Assembly: GCA_003551625.1 (NCBI GenBank)
Contig: PUNC01000243.1
Coordinates: 1 to 60,741, forward strand
Source: PVC group bacterium
GTDB taxonomy: Bacteria > Auribacterota > Erginobacteria > Erginobacterales > PUNC01
Direction: 5' to 3'
Length of the DNA stretch: 60,741 bases
How positions within the stretch are numbered: the stretch's first letter is position 1; each line of letters starts with the position of its first letter. The notes under the pieces were generated by a model that saw only the letters and a list, made by a program, of their open reading frames with translations, was not told the DNA's origin and made no database searches. Below are positions 1-8,902 of the stretch, piece after piece. Position numbers and translations under genes: made by a program.

Positions 1-1155
1 CCCGGCCAGTCTCTCCAGGTCTTCCCGCTCTTCCCCGGGAAGGCCGATCAGAAAATAAAGTTTGGCCCGGCGGAATCCGGCGGCGGCGGCCCGGTCCAGC
101 ACTTCCAGAAAACGCTCGCCGGAAACATCCTTGTTGATAAGCCGCCGGAGACGGGCGCTGCCGGCTTCCGGCGCCAGCGTCAGGGTCCGCTGCCCCCCCG
201 CGGCCAGAAGCGAGAGCAGGCGGGGAGTGACCGTTTCCACCCGGAGAGAGGAGACCGAGACCGAGGAACCGGAGGAGGTCAGACCTTCCAGGATATCGTC
301 GATTTCGGGATGGTCGGAAACCGCGGGAGCGATCAGACCGAAAGAATCCGCGCCCAAGCGCCGGAGGGAGAGAACGGTTTCGGCCCGCAGCCGCCGGGGA
401 GGACGGTAATGATGACTGGCCGCGCAGAAGCGGCATCCCCTCCCGCAGCCCCGGGCGATCTCGACCAGGACCCGGTCGGGGAATACCGTTTTCGGAGTCA
501 GAACCCGGGAATAGGCGGGAAAGGTTTCCAGGGAAGAGACCGGCCGCCGGTTTATCCGGGGCGGGAAGCCCGGGTCGGGGAGCAGGCGGGGGGATTCTCC
601 CCATTCCTTCAGGCGGTATCCGCCGGGAACGTATACGCCCGCGATCCCGGCCAGCTTCAACAGCCGTTCCCGGCGCGGTAGACCTTCCGTCTCCGCCAAC
701 CCTCGCAGAAGGTCGGGGAGGGTCTCTTCGGCTTCACCCGGAATCACCAGGTCCAAAAAATCGGCGGCCGGCTCGGGATTGATACTTAAAGCCGCCCCCC
801 CGGCCAGCACCAGCGGGAATCCCCGGCCGCGGTCGCGCGACCGCGGGGGCAGGCCGCCGGCGGCAAGTATTCCCGGCAGGGAGAGATAATCAAGCTCATA
901 GGAAATGGAGAAGGCGACCAGGTCGAAATCGCCGAAGCTTCGGCCGCTTTCCAGGGAAAACGGCCGTCCCGAAAACGCCCTCTCCGAATGCCAGTCCTCA
1001 ACCGAATCCACGATCGCGAGCACGTGCTGATATCCCAGACTGCTCATCCCGACCCGGTAGGAGTTGGGATAGACCAGCAGGAGGGAAAACCGGGAGTGCA
1101 GTTTCTTCGGCTCGAGGAAACGTTCGTTCCGCTTCGGTTCCGCGGGCGGGGACAT
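1..1155 (-). CDS. Radical SAM protein with B12-binding-like N-terminal domain (C-terminus outside window)
   Basis: Own reverse-strand translation. ATG at 1155-1153, frame open to the window edge, so it is absent from the ORF track. N-terminus MSPPAEPKRNERFLEPKKLHSRFSLLLVYPNSYRVGMSSLGYQ. EIARGCGRGCRFCAA gives a CxxxCxxC motif (Cys codons 447-424). Confidence 0.8.
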   Translation of the reverse strand, partial: MSPPAEPKRNERFLEPKKLHSRFSLLLVYPNSYRVGMSSLGYQHVLAIVDSVEDWHSERAFSGRPFSLESGRSFGDFDLVAFSISYELDYLSLPGILAAGGLPPRSRDRGRGFPLVLAGGAALSINPEPAADFLDLVIPGEAEETLPDLLRGLAETEGLPRRERLLKLAGIAGVYVPGGYRLKEWGESPRLLPDPGFPPRINRRPVSSLETFPAYSRVLTPKTVFPDRVLVEIARGCGRGCRFCAASHHYRPPRRLRAETVLSLRRLGADSFGLIAPAVSDHPEIDDILEGLTSSGSSVSVSSLRVETVTPRLLSLLAAGGQRTLTLAPEAGSARLRRLINKDVSGERFLEVLDRAAAAGFRRAKLYFLIGLPGEEREDLERLAG

Positions 1156-1189
1156 CAGAATGAAAAGAGGGAGGCGGGAGGGGCGGGTT

Positions 1190-1858
1190 TCAAGTTTTCG
1201 CCGCCCCGGCGCGGGAAGAAGTCCGGGGCAAACGGGCTTTCAGAATACGCTTGTGCCGATCGGTCAGTTCGGTGAAGTAAAGCGTCAGATCGAATCTCCC
1301 GCCCCGCTTCTCCCGGGCGCAATTGACCACCACCGCCGGGAGCCGGACCGGATCCTTCCCCGTCGAGGAGCCCCCCTCCCCCGCCACCATCTCAACCTCA
1401 ACCTCCTGGAAGAGGGGGATTTCCCGGTCGGACTTGCAGGTGACGCCGTTGCGGGCGAGATTGGCCTGGTGGGAAACCATCGGCTTTTCGCCGGGCCGGC
1501 GGTTCCGCTTCGACCAGGCCAGGTATTCGTCGATCTTCCGGCGAACCCCCGCCGGCAGCCGCCGGAAGTTGAAGTCAATCTCGAATCCCCCGGTTCCGCG
1601 GCGCGCGGAGGCCGGACGGGCGAGGCAGACCACCTCCTGCCGGCCGTCGCCGGAACCGGGAGAAGGCAGCAGGAGTTTGATCTCCACGGGGGAGTCGGCG
1701 GAAAACTCGGTATCGAACAAGCAGGAAATACCCTTGGGAGTGAGCTTGCAGCCGCGGCCGTTGAACCGGCTTCGGCCCCGGCGAATCTCGATCGGGAAGA
1801 ATTCGGAATCGGGAACGGCGCCGTCCTCTTCCTTGGAAAGAACGGCGATGTCAGCCAT
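1190..1858 (-). CDS. Hypothetical protein, possibly tandem PilZ-like domains
   Basis: 222-aa ORF with ATG start (1858). Two similar halves with Arg-rich segments (IEIRRGRSRF). The PilZ assignment is only a weak resemblance. Confidence 0.45.
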   Translation of the reverse strand: MADIAVLSKEEDGAVPDSEFFPIEIRRGRSRFNGRGCKLTPKGISCLFDTEFSADSPVEIKLLLPSPGSGDGRQEVVCLARPASARRGTGGFEIDFNFRRLPAGVRRKIDEYLAWSKRNRRPGEKPMVSHQANLARNGVTCKSDREIPLFQEVEVEMVAGEGGSSTGKDPVRLPAVVVNCAREKRGGRFDLTLYFTELTDRHKRILKARLPRTSSRAGAAKT

Positions 1859-2086
1859 TTTTTATCAGCGTTATCACGATAAGACCCAGAAAAAAGCGCG
1901 GGGGCGGCCCCGGCCATCCGCCGCCCCGGCGGGTATCGTATCCGAAAGGAAATACTCCGAACCCGCGCCCCCAAATCCGCCGTTCCGGGCGATGCCGATT
2001 GCCGAAAGGGGGCCGCGACTGTTTGCTAACCTACTCATATCATTTAAACTCACGGCTGTCAAGAATCTGGAGGACAAATTCCGGGA

Positions 2087-2485
2087 TTATTTTTCCGGGA
2101 TACCTGTCTCCGGCGGTCTCTCTTCTCCGGCCAGAGGATTGACCGCGATCCGGATTTCAAGATCTTCGCCCCCGAAGTCCAGGGCGAAATCGGTCGTCAG
2201 CCGGTGAAGCAGAAGATTGAAGGGCATCTCCGCTCTTCCGGCCTCGCTCTCCACCACCAGCCGGGCCCGGCCCAGAATGGGCCCGGCCCGCCGGATCGCG
2301 GAGAGCAGCTCCCGGAGAAGGCCGAGCCTCTCCGCCGTCCGGTCGTCAAGCCGTTCAACCCGGCCGCAGGCCGGACAGCGGATCCCGCGGTCTTCCCCGA
2401 TGGTCTCGAAATCGAATCGAACCGGGAGCCGGCATCGCTCATTCCGGCAAAGGAGTTCGGCGGTCGGCGGCTTTTCCTGGCTCAT
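2087..2485 (-). CDS. Hypothetical small zinc-ribbon protein
   Basis: ORF 2087-2503. The second ATG (2485) has a GAGGTG 6 nt upstream, so it is preferred. Two Cys pairs: CRNERC and CPACG. Confidence 0.5.
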   Translation of the reverse strand: MSQEKPPTAELLCRNERCRLPVRFDFETIGEDRGIRCPACGRVERLDDRTAERLGLLRELLSAIRRAGPILGRARLVVESEAGRAEMPFNLLLHRLTTDFALDFGGEDLEIRIAVNPLAGEERPPETGIPEK

Positions 2486-2528
2486 CACGCTCACCTCTTT
2501 CATAAATAATCCGGTTTCAGGCCGCCGA

Positions 2529-3407
2529 TCAATCGGCGGGGTAGAGACTCAACTGGCCCGCGGCCCGGACCCGTTCCAGGCGGGGATAATAAACCGCCAG
2601 CGCGTCGGGGACCGCTACCGGCCCGCCCTCGAGCCGGGACCGGAGTTCCAGGCAGTTGCAGACCGCCTGCCCCCGGAAATGGTTGTTGGCGATCACATAG
2701 ACCGCGGCGGCGGCCTCTTTCAGGGAGTTTATTCGACCCACCCATTCTTCGAGTTCCTCCTCCGGGTAGAGATAGTCGTAGCGCTCGTCCCGGCCGGCGT
2801 CTTCCCGGAACCAGTTCGCGGCGTTCCTCCCGTGAAGACGGACATAGGCCGTCGGGGCGGTGACGACCGCGGTCGGCGGCAGCGAATATGAAACCGGAGG
2901 CTGATCGATGTTGCAGAAGCCGATCCCTTCGTCCCGGAGAAAGCCGAAGACCTCCTCCCGGGCCCAGGAACGATGACGGAATTCGGCGACCAACGGCCAG
3001 TCGGCGAAACGCTCTTTCAGCCGCTTCAGATAAGCGGTGTTCTCCGCCCGACGGTGAAACGAGTAGGGAAACTGGGCGAGCAGGGCCCCCAGCCGGCCCG
3101 ACTCCAGCAGCAGGGCCATCCCCTTCTCCCACTCTTTTCCTTCCCGCCCCGGATCCGCTTCCCGCGTATGGGTGAACCCCCGCCAGAGCTTGGCGGTAAA
3201 ACGAAAATCGGCCGCGGCGGCGGTATCGCTCAACCACCGGAGAAGATTCTCCTTTCGGGGCGGGCGGTAAAAAGTCACGTTGATCTCGACGGCCTGCAGA
3301 TACCGGCTCAGATACGCCAGGCGGTTGGAAGCGGGGCGGGGGTAAACGATCCCGTCCCAATCGGGATAATGCCATCCCGCCGTTGCCGCTCTCACCCGGG
3401 CGGTCAT
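2529..3407 (-). CDS. DUF72 (YecE-like) family protein
   Basis: C-terminal 292 aa of the 513-aa track ORF, starting MTARVRAATAGWHYPDWDGIVYP. Contains VEINVTFYRPP, YVRLHGRN and VIANNHFRGQA, typical of DUF72. The ATG at 3407 overlaps the upstream stop as ATGA. Confidence 0.85.
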   Translation of the reverse strand: MTARVRAATAGWHYPDWDGIVYPRPASNRLAYLSRYLQAVEINVTFYRPPRKENLLRWLSDTAAAADFRFTAKLWRGFTHTREADPGREGKEWEKGMALLLESGRLGALLAQFPYSFHRRAENTAYLKRLKERFADWPLVAEFRHRSWAREEVFGFLRDEGIGFCNIDQPPVSYSLPPTAVVTAPTAYVRLHGRNAANWFREDAGRDERYDYLYPEEELEEWVGRINSLKEAAAAVYVIANNHFRGQAVCNCLELRSRLEGGPVAVPDALAVYYPRLERVRAAGQLSLYPAD

Positions 3408-4240
3408 CGCCCGCGCCTCCCCTTCGGAACGGCCCGGCGGATCTCTACCCGGTCCCCCGGCCGGAGACCGAACTCTTTGGCGGCCGAGCCGCCGTTGACG
3501 GCGATCTCCAGGTAGCCGGAACTTCCCCACAGGGCCGCCCGGCCGCCTTTGGGAACGGAACCGTAACTGGCCGCGAGGGGAAGTTCCCCGGGATCGGGAC
3601 CGGAGGAAGTCGCGACGGTCAGCCGGGCCGGCGGCCGGAAAAGGGCGGCGGCCCGGGCGGCGGCGATCGAAGTGATCAGATTGCCGAAACGATCGACGTA
3701 AACGATCTCGCCGCTCCACCCCTTTCCGCCGAGGCGGCGCGAACGGGGACGGGGCAGCAGCACCGGATCGGAGACCGCGGGGCCCAGCTCGGAAGGTTCC
3801 AGACCCCGGGCCAGGCGGGCGGCCACCGGCGCGAAGATATCGCGTCCGTGAAATGTCCGGCTCACTACGGGCAGAAACAGGCTCCGGTCGCGGACGGAAT
3901 ATACTTTCGCCCGCGGAGACGACCGGAGGGGGAAGGAGAGGAGGCCGTTGTCGGGCGCGATGAAACGGCTCCGGCCCCGCCGGAAGGCGATAATCCGGCG
4001 CGAGGTTCCCACGCCCGGATCCACCACGGCCAGGAAGACCGTCTCCGGGGGAAAGAAACGGCGGCAGCATTCGAGAACGAAAGCCGCGGACCGGATGTCG
4101 CCCGGTTCGATCTGATGGGTGATATCGGCCAGCCTCGCCCCCGGAACGAGGGAGAGAATCACCCCTCTCATCGCGCCGACAAACCAGTCCCGCTCGCCGA
4201 AATCGGTGAGCAGGGCGATCGGTGCCGGCGGTTTATTCAT
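3404..4240 (-). CDS. SAM hydrolase / SAM-dependent halogenase family protein (DUF62, SAM hydroxide adenosyltransferase-like)
   Basis: Starts at the internal ATG 4240 (MNKPPAPIALLTDFGERDWFVGAMRGVILSL). Also VVDPGVGT and YVDRFGNLITS. The N-terminal track extension overlaps ridA and is Pro/Arg-rich junk. Confidence 0.85.
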   Translation of the reverse strand: MNKPPAPIALLTDFGERDWFVGAMRGVILSLVPGARLADITHQIEPGDIRSAAFVLECCRRFFPPETVFLAVVDPGVGTSRRIIAFRRGRSRFIAPDNGLLSFPLRSSPRAKVYSVRDRSLFLPVVSRTFHGRDIFAPVAARLARGLEPSELGPAVSDPVLLPRPRSRRLGGKGWSGEIVYVDRFGNLITSIAAARAAALFRPPARLTVATSSGPDPGELPLAASYGSVPKGGRAALWGSSGYLEIAVNGGSAAKEFGLRPGDRVEIRRAVPKGRRGR

Positions 4241-4616
4241 CGCCCCGCCAGGCCACGGCTTCAAGCTCAACCCGGGCGCCCTTCGGCAGGGCCGCGACCT
4301 GGAAAGCCGCGCGGGCGGGCGGGCGGGAGACGAAGTAATCGGAGTAAACCCGGTTGAAGGCGGGATAGTCGTCAAGGTCCCACAGGTAAACGGTGGTCTT
4401 GACCACGTCCTCCAATCCGTAACCGGCGGCTTCCAGGACCGCCTTGAGGTTTTCCAGGACGGCGACGGCCTCATCCTCGATCCCGCCGGCTACCCGGGCG
4501 CCGTCGGCCTTAAGCGGCAGTTGGCCGGAGACGAACAGAAATCCTCCCGCCGCGACCGCCTGGGAATAGGGACCGATGGCGGCCGGAGCTCTTTCGGTGG
4601 CGATTATCTTCTTCAT
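4233..4616 (-). CDS. ridA: RidA family reactive-intermediate deaminase (YjgF/L-PSP)
   Basis: 127 aa: MKKIIATERAPAAIGPYSQAV..FVSGQLP..VKTTVYL..PARAAFQVAALPKGARVELEAVA. Confidence 0.9.
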   Translation of the reverse strand: MKKIIATERAPAAIGPYSQAVAAGGFLFVSGQLPLKADGARVAGGIEDEAVAVLENLKAVLEAAGYGLEDVVKTTVYLWDLDDYPAFNRVYSDYFVSRPPARAAFQVAALPKGARVELEAVAWRGDE

Positions 4617-5953
4617 TATTTCACCTCCTTCTCCCCGGATTTTACCAGCAGCGCGCAGTAATAGCCATCCCCGGGACCGTCTCCCGGCAGGGCGGACCCG
4701 GCGGAGGCGAGAACGAAATCCTTCCGGTCCCGAAGAAAGCCGTCGACCACTTCCCGGTTTTCCTCCGGCTCGATCGAGCAGGTGCTGTAAACCAGGCGGC
4801 CGCCGGGTTTGACCGTTCCGGCGGCGGCGGCCAGCATCCGGCCGGCCCGGCGGGCCAGACGGTCCGGATCGGAAGGGCGCAGTCGCCAGCGGGCGTCGAC
4901 CCGGCGGCGGAAAACCCCGGTATTGGAACAGGGGACGTCGAGCAGCGCCGCGTCGGCGGCGGAGAGAGCGACGGCGGGCCGGAAGGCGTCCATCCGCGCC
5001 GGCCGGGCGCAGGCGATTTTAAGCCGGGAGATGTTTTCCACCAGGAGCTTGATCCTTTCCGGTGAACGATCGGCGGCGAGCACTACTCCCCGTCCACCCA
5101 TCTTCTCGGCCGCGTAGGTTGCCTTTCCCCCGGGTGAAGCGCAGAAATCGACCACCAGCTCCCCGGGGCGGGGGTCGAGAAGTTTTACCGCCTCCAGGGT
5201 GGATGGATCCTGCACCTGGAACCATCCTTCCCGAAAGGGCTCCAGTTCGGAAAGCGACCCCGCCGGCTCAAGCACACCGATATTCGGCCTCCCCGGGAGG
5301 GGGAGATAGCTCCGCCCGGCGCGGGCCAGCTTCTCCCGCAAAGCCCGGGGTTCGGCGACCAACCGGTTTACCCGGATGTAAACCGGGGGGGGAGAGTTGC
5401 CGGCGCGGCAGATCTCCTCCGTCCGGGCCCGGCCCCATCTTTTCAGCCAGCGATCGACAAGCCAGCGGGGATGGGAATGAACCGCCGCCAGCCTATCGAC
5501 AACCCCTTCCTCCGGCCACTCCGGAGAAAAATCCGGTCGGGAAAAACGCCGCAGGAGAGCGTTGAGATAGGCGCGTTCGGGCCGGGAGAGAAATTCCCGG
5601 GCCAGTTCGCCGGCCTGGTGGACGACGGCGTGGGGAGCCGGTGCCAAAATTTCCTCCCGGAGATGGAAGACGGACAGGCGGAGAATCTGCCGGGCGTAGG
5701 AAGCCGGCGGCGGCCGGCGGCGGGGCGAATAAAGATCGATCAGCCGGTCAAGCCGCCCCCGCAGGCGGAGCACGCCGTAAACCGAGGAGACGACCAGCGC
5801 GCGGTCGGACGGAGAAAGTCCTGAACCGGGAAGAGCTTCCTCAAGCAGATCGCGGGCGAAGCGGCCCTTCTGTTCCCAATCGCGTAGAATACGGACGATC
5901 AGCCGGCGCGCCGCGGTCGCCGAGGAGGAGGGGTTGGTGGAGCGCGGTTTCAA
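4616..5953 (-). CDS. rsmB: 16S rRNA (cytosine967-C5)-methyltransferase
   Basis: NusB-like N-terminus plus methyltransferase motifs FCASPGGKATY, DVPCSNTGV and YSTCSIEPEEN. The first codon is TTG (no nearby ATG). The stop overlaps the ridA ATG by 1 nt. Confidence 0.9.
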   Translation of the reverse strand: MKPRSTNPSSSATAARRLIVRILRDWEQKGRFARDLLEEALPGSGLSPSDRALVVSSVYGVLRLRGRLDRLIDLYSPRRRPPPASYARQILRLSVFHLREEILAPAPHAVVHQAGELAREFLSRPERAYLNALLRRFSRPDFSPEWPEEGVVDRLAAVHSHPRWLVDRWLKRWGRARTEEICRAGNSPPPVYIRVNRLVAEPRALREKLARAGRSYLPLPGRPNIGVLEPAGSLSELEPFREGWFQVQDPSTLEAVKLLDPRPGELVVDFCASPGGKATYAAEKMGGRGVVLAADRSPERIKLLVENISRLKIACARPARMDAFRPAVALSAADAALLDVPCSNTGVFRRRVDARWRLRPSDPDRLARRAGRMLAAAAGTVKPGGRLVYSTCSIEPEENREVVDGFLRDRKDFVLASAGSALPGDGPGDGYYCALLVKSGEKEVK

Positions 5954-5965
5954 GATCCGGAGAGA

Positions 5966-6421
5966 CTAGCCTTCTTTCAGCAGGCGCCGCAACACCGCCT
6001 CCACCTCGGCCGGATCCACCCGGGTATCCCGGCAGGGACCGTGGGGGCGGAGGTTGATTACCGCCAGGGCCGGCTTGCGGCCCTTGCGGAGGAGTCCGGA
6101 GACAATCTCCTTCTCGCAGGCGACCGCCACCACGGCCTTGATCTCCGGTTTTTTGAGCAGCTCGAGAGCGATTCCCCCGCCGGTGGCCATCTCCAGGCGG
6201 GCGCCGTGTTTTTTCGCCAGTTCCGCCAACCCCCCGAAATCGCACCTGCCGCACCGAAGGCAGTTGCCGGAATCGGCGACCACGTTCCGGTCGCAGCCGC
6301 TGTACTGAAGACAGCGGGGAGTCAAGATCAGGATCTCGTTTCCCGAAAAAGACCCTCCCCGCCTCCCCGTCCATCGGTTATGCGCCCGGATAACAGCCCT
6401 GCGGAGGCGGTCGAGGTTCAC
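5966..6421 (-). CDS. DUF116 family protein (short form)
   Basis: Cys-rich C-terminal region (PRCLQYSGCD..NCLRCGRCDFG..VAVACEKE). This is the usual position between fmt and rsmB. A GTG at 6421 overlaps the fmt TGA (GTGA). The longer 233-aa track ORF would overlap fmt by about 250 nt. Confidence 0.6.
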   Translation of the reverse strand: MNLDRLRRAVIRAHNRWTGRRGGSFSGNEILILTPRCLQYSGCDRNVVADSGNCLRCGRCDFGGLAELAKKHGARLEMATGGGIALELLKKPEIKAVVAVACEKEIVSGLLRKGRKPALAVINLRPHGPCRDTRVDPAEVEAVLRRLLKEG

Positions 6422-7353
6422 AAGCGGTCTCCCGGACGCAGGCGCCGGCCTCTTAAATATTCCCCCGCCGTCATCGCGCCGCCGCCCGCGGGCTGAAGCC
6501 GCTCGACCCGAACCGTCCCCTCCCCGGCCGCGATCTCGAGGAGATCGCCGGCGGCGCGCAACACCGTACCGGGGCTTCCTTTCTCCGCGGGCATCGGCCG
6601 GACGGCGAGAATCCTCACCCTTTCGCGGCCGGAAGCGCGGGGGAAAAAGGTGTGGGTTCCCGGCCACGGGTTGAGGGCCCGGACCAGCCGGTCGATCCGC
6701 GCGGCGGAAAGTTTCCAGTCGATCAAAGCGTCGGACTTGGTGAAGGCGGGCGCCCAGGTGACCTCGCTTTCGGCCTGGGGAACAGCGCGGGCGCCCCCCC
6801 GCTCGATCTCCCCCACCACCTTTACCAGAACCGCGGCGCCCATCTCCGCCAACCGGGCGCAGAGAGATGGGTAGTCTTCCCGCTCCCCGATCGGCGTCCT
6901 CTCCCGGGCGAAAATTTCACCGGCGTCGAGTTCGGGAGTGAGCCGGATTACGCTGACCCCGGTCTCCCGGTCGCCTTCGATCAGGGCCCATTGAATCGGC
7001 GCGGCGCCCCGCCAGCGGGGAAGCAGGGAGGGGTGGAGGTTGATCGCGGCCGCCGGAAACTGCGCGACCACCCCGCCGGGAATATACTTTCCGTAAGCGG
7101 CCACCGCCATCAGCTCGCCTCCCGCGGCCGCGAGTTTCTCTCTGAACTCCGGGGAAGTGAGCTTCTCCGGCTGGAAGACCGGCAACCCCAACTGCCGGGC
7201 GCGAAGCTTGACCGGGGGCGGCAGCACCCTCCCCCCGCGGCCGCGGGGACGGTCGGGACGGGTAACGACCGCGGCCACCGGGTGCGGCCCGGCGGCCAGG
7301 GCGTCGAGCGACGGCAGGGAAAACTCCGGAGTTCCCCAGAATATTACCTTCAT
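6418..7353 (-). CDS. fmt: Methionyl-tRNA formyltransferase
   Basis: Starts at ATG 7353 (MKVIFWGTPEFSLPSL). Also INLHPSLLPRWRGAAPIQ. ATGA overlap with the upstream gene. Confidence 0.92.
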   Translation of the reverse strand: MKVIFWGTPEFSLPSLDALAAGPHPVAAVVTRPDRPRGRGGRVLPPPVKLRARQLGLPVFQPEKLTSPEFREKLAAAGGELMAVAAYGKYIPGGVVAQFPAAAINLHPSLLPRWRGAAPIQWALIEGDRETGVSVIRLTPELDAGEIFARERTPIGEREDYPSLCARLAEMGAAVLVKVVGEIERGGARAVPQAESEVTWAPAFTKSDALIDWKLSAARIDRLVRALNPWPGTHTFFPRASGRERVRILAVRPMPAEKGSPGTVLRAAGDLLEIAAGEGTVRVERLQPAGGGAMTAGEYLRGRRLRPGDRL

Positions 7354-7820
7354 TGCCCCCCCGGTTCGATTCCGTCGAGATTCAGCCGGTCTCCGACCCG
7401 GACCCCGGCCGCGGCGAACCATCCCCGGTTCATCTCCAGGGCGAACCGGTAAGGCAGCGGAGACCGGTAGCGCTTCTCCCCTCCGTCGGGGACCATCTCC
7501 TGGATACTGAGGATATACCCGTCGGCGTTGATGAAGGCGATCGAAAGCGGGATGGGAACCCCGCGCATCCAGAAGGCCCCCTGAGTCGGTTCGGGAAAAA
7601 CAAAGAGCATCCCCTCGTTCTCGCCGAGACGGGCCCTTCCCTGCAGGCCGCGGGTTCGCGCCTCCGGGGTGGCGGCCACTTCCACTTTTACCCGCCTACC
7701 GCCGATCTCCAGCGAGCGCTCCGGCAGGACAGCGTCTTCCCGGCCGCAACCGGCCGCCACCAGGACGTGGACCAGCGCGAACCCGGCCGTCAGAAAGCGG
7801 AAAACCAAGCGCCGGCTCAT
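7350..7820 (-). CDS. DUF192 domain lipoprotein
   Basis: Internal ATG 7820 (MSRRLVFRFLTAGFALVHVLVAAGC, a lipobox-like signal). Then EVAATPEARTRGLQGR..GMLFVF..FWMRGVPIPLSIAFI, typical of DUF192. ATGA overlaps at both ends. Confidence 0.75.
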   Translation of the reverse strand: MSRRLVFRFLTAGFALVHVLVAAGCGREDAVLPERSLEIGGRRVKVEVAATPEARTRGLQGRARLGENEGMLFVFPEPTQGAFWMRGVPIPLSIAFINADGYILSIQEMVPDGGEKRYRSPLPYRFALEMNRGWFAAAGVRVGDRLNLDGIEPGGQ

Positions 7821-8890
7821 CGCTGAACGCAGACCGCCCGGGTTGCCTTCCAGACATAGAAGAAGTAAACCGCGAAGAAGATCACGAAGAAAAAGGCCAT
7901 CCCGGCGGGCAGCAGCCGGTCGATCACGCCCAGGATCACGGCCGGAATCAGGGCGTGAACCGCGATCGAGAAGAGAGCCGGAAACTTCAGCCGGGAGGTC
8001 CCGGAACAGGCCAGCGCCGCCACCGCGCAGCCCACCAGGGCCTGGAAAATACGGGAGACGAAATACAGAAAATAGAACAGGACCAGCAGTAACGGGGAGA
8101 AGATCCACCCGGCCAGCCGCCGCCAGCGGTCGAGGGTTTCGTCGTCGAGACGATAGGTTCTCTCCCCGGCAAGACTTTCCAGGTCACGCACCATCGGCCG
8201 CCCCAGGAAACCCGCGGGGGCGCGATCCCCTTCCTCCCGGTCGGTGAAATCCGCGAACGGCTGGAAGCGGACCTCGTCCCGGGTGAGGAGAAATCCTTCC
8301 GAACGCGGGGGAAAACCCGGGTCCTCGCCGGTAAGATCCACCTTGAAGACAAACCTCCCGAAGTCGGAACGGTCCCGGAGATAATCCTCCGCCTCCGGCT
8401 CCAGAACCGGGCGTTCTTCGATCTTGCGGGCCACCTCGGAAGGGGTGATCTCCCGGTCCGGGTCGGGAAACGTCTCCTCCAGCCACTCCAGAACCGGCGC
8501 GGTAACCTCTTCCGGGGCCGCCCGGTCGTGCGAGATCCTTCTTTTGAGAATCCCGGCCGGATAGGAATGCTCCTCTTCCAGGAGAAAATAATCATCCTCC
8601 ATCTCCACCCGCCCGTTCCGGATGACGATATGGGAAAGCCTTCCTTCAACAAGGGAATAAATCCGGCCGAGATACCTCCGGTTGAAAAAGTAAACGTCCC
8701 GGCCGCCCAGAATCAGGGTTACCGCCAGGACCAAAAAGGCGAGATTCCGGAAGGTGAACCCCAGCGGGCGGTCGGCCAGCCGGCGATAGAAGGAAAAACT
8801 GGTAACGCAGCCCCGGATCAGCTCGAACGGACCGATCGACGGCGCTTTCCCCGAAAGCGGTTGTTTCTCACCGGTCTCCAAGTTCAACAC
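7817..8890 (-). CDS. Hypothetical integral membrane protein
   Basis: 357-aa ORF. One TM segment near residue 50 and several C-terminal TM segments (LLLVLFYFLYFV, AVILGVI, FFFVIFFAVYFFYVW), with an acidic middle region. Confidence 0.6.
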   Translation of the reverse strand: MLNLETGEKQPLSGKAPSIGPFELIRGCVTSFSFYRRLADRPLGFTFRNLAFLVLAVTLILGGRDVYFFNRRYLGRIYSLVEGRLSHIVIRNGRVEMEDDYFLLEEEHSYPAGILKRRISHDRAAPEEVTAPVLEWLEETFPDPDREITPSEVARKIEERPVLEPEAEDYLRDRSDFGRFVFKVDLTGEDPGFPPRSEGFLLTRDEVRFQPFADFTDREEGDRAPAGFLGRPMVRDLESLAGERTYRLDDETLDRWRRLAGWIFSPLLLVLFYFLYFVSRIFQALVGCAVAALACSGTSRLKFPALFSIAVHALIPAVILGVIDRLLPAGMAFFFVIFFAVYFFYVWKATRAVCVQR

Positions 8891-8902
8891 CCGGCGGCCG
8901 GT

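Noticed and set aside
2529-4070. 513-aa ORF suggesting a large DUF72 fusion protein
   Set aside because: The N-terminal 221 residues overlap the DUF62 gene in another frame and are Arg/Pro/Gly-rich. The internal ATG at 3407 gives a normal-length DUF72 protein and an ATGA coupling.
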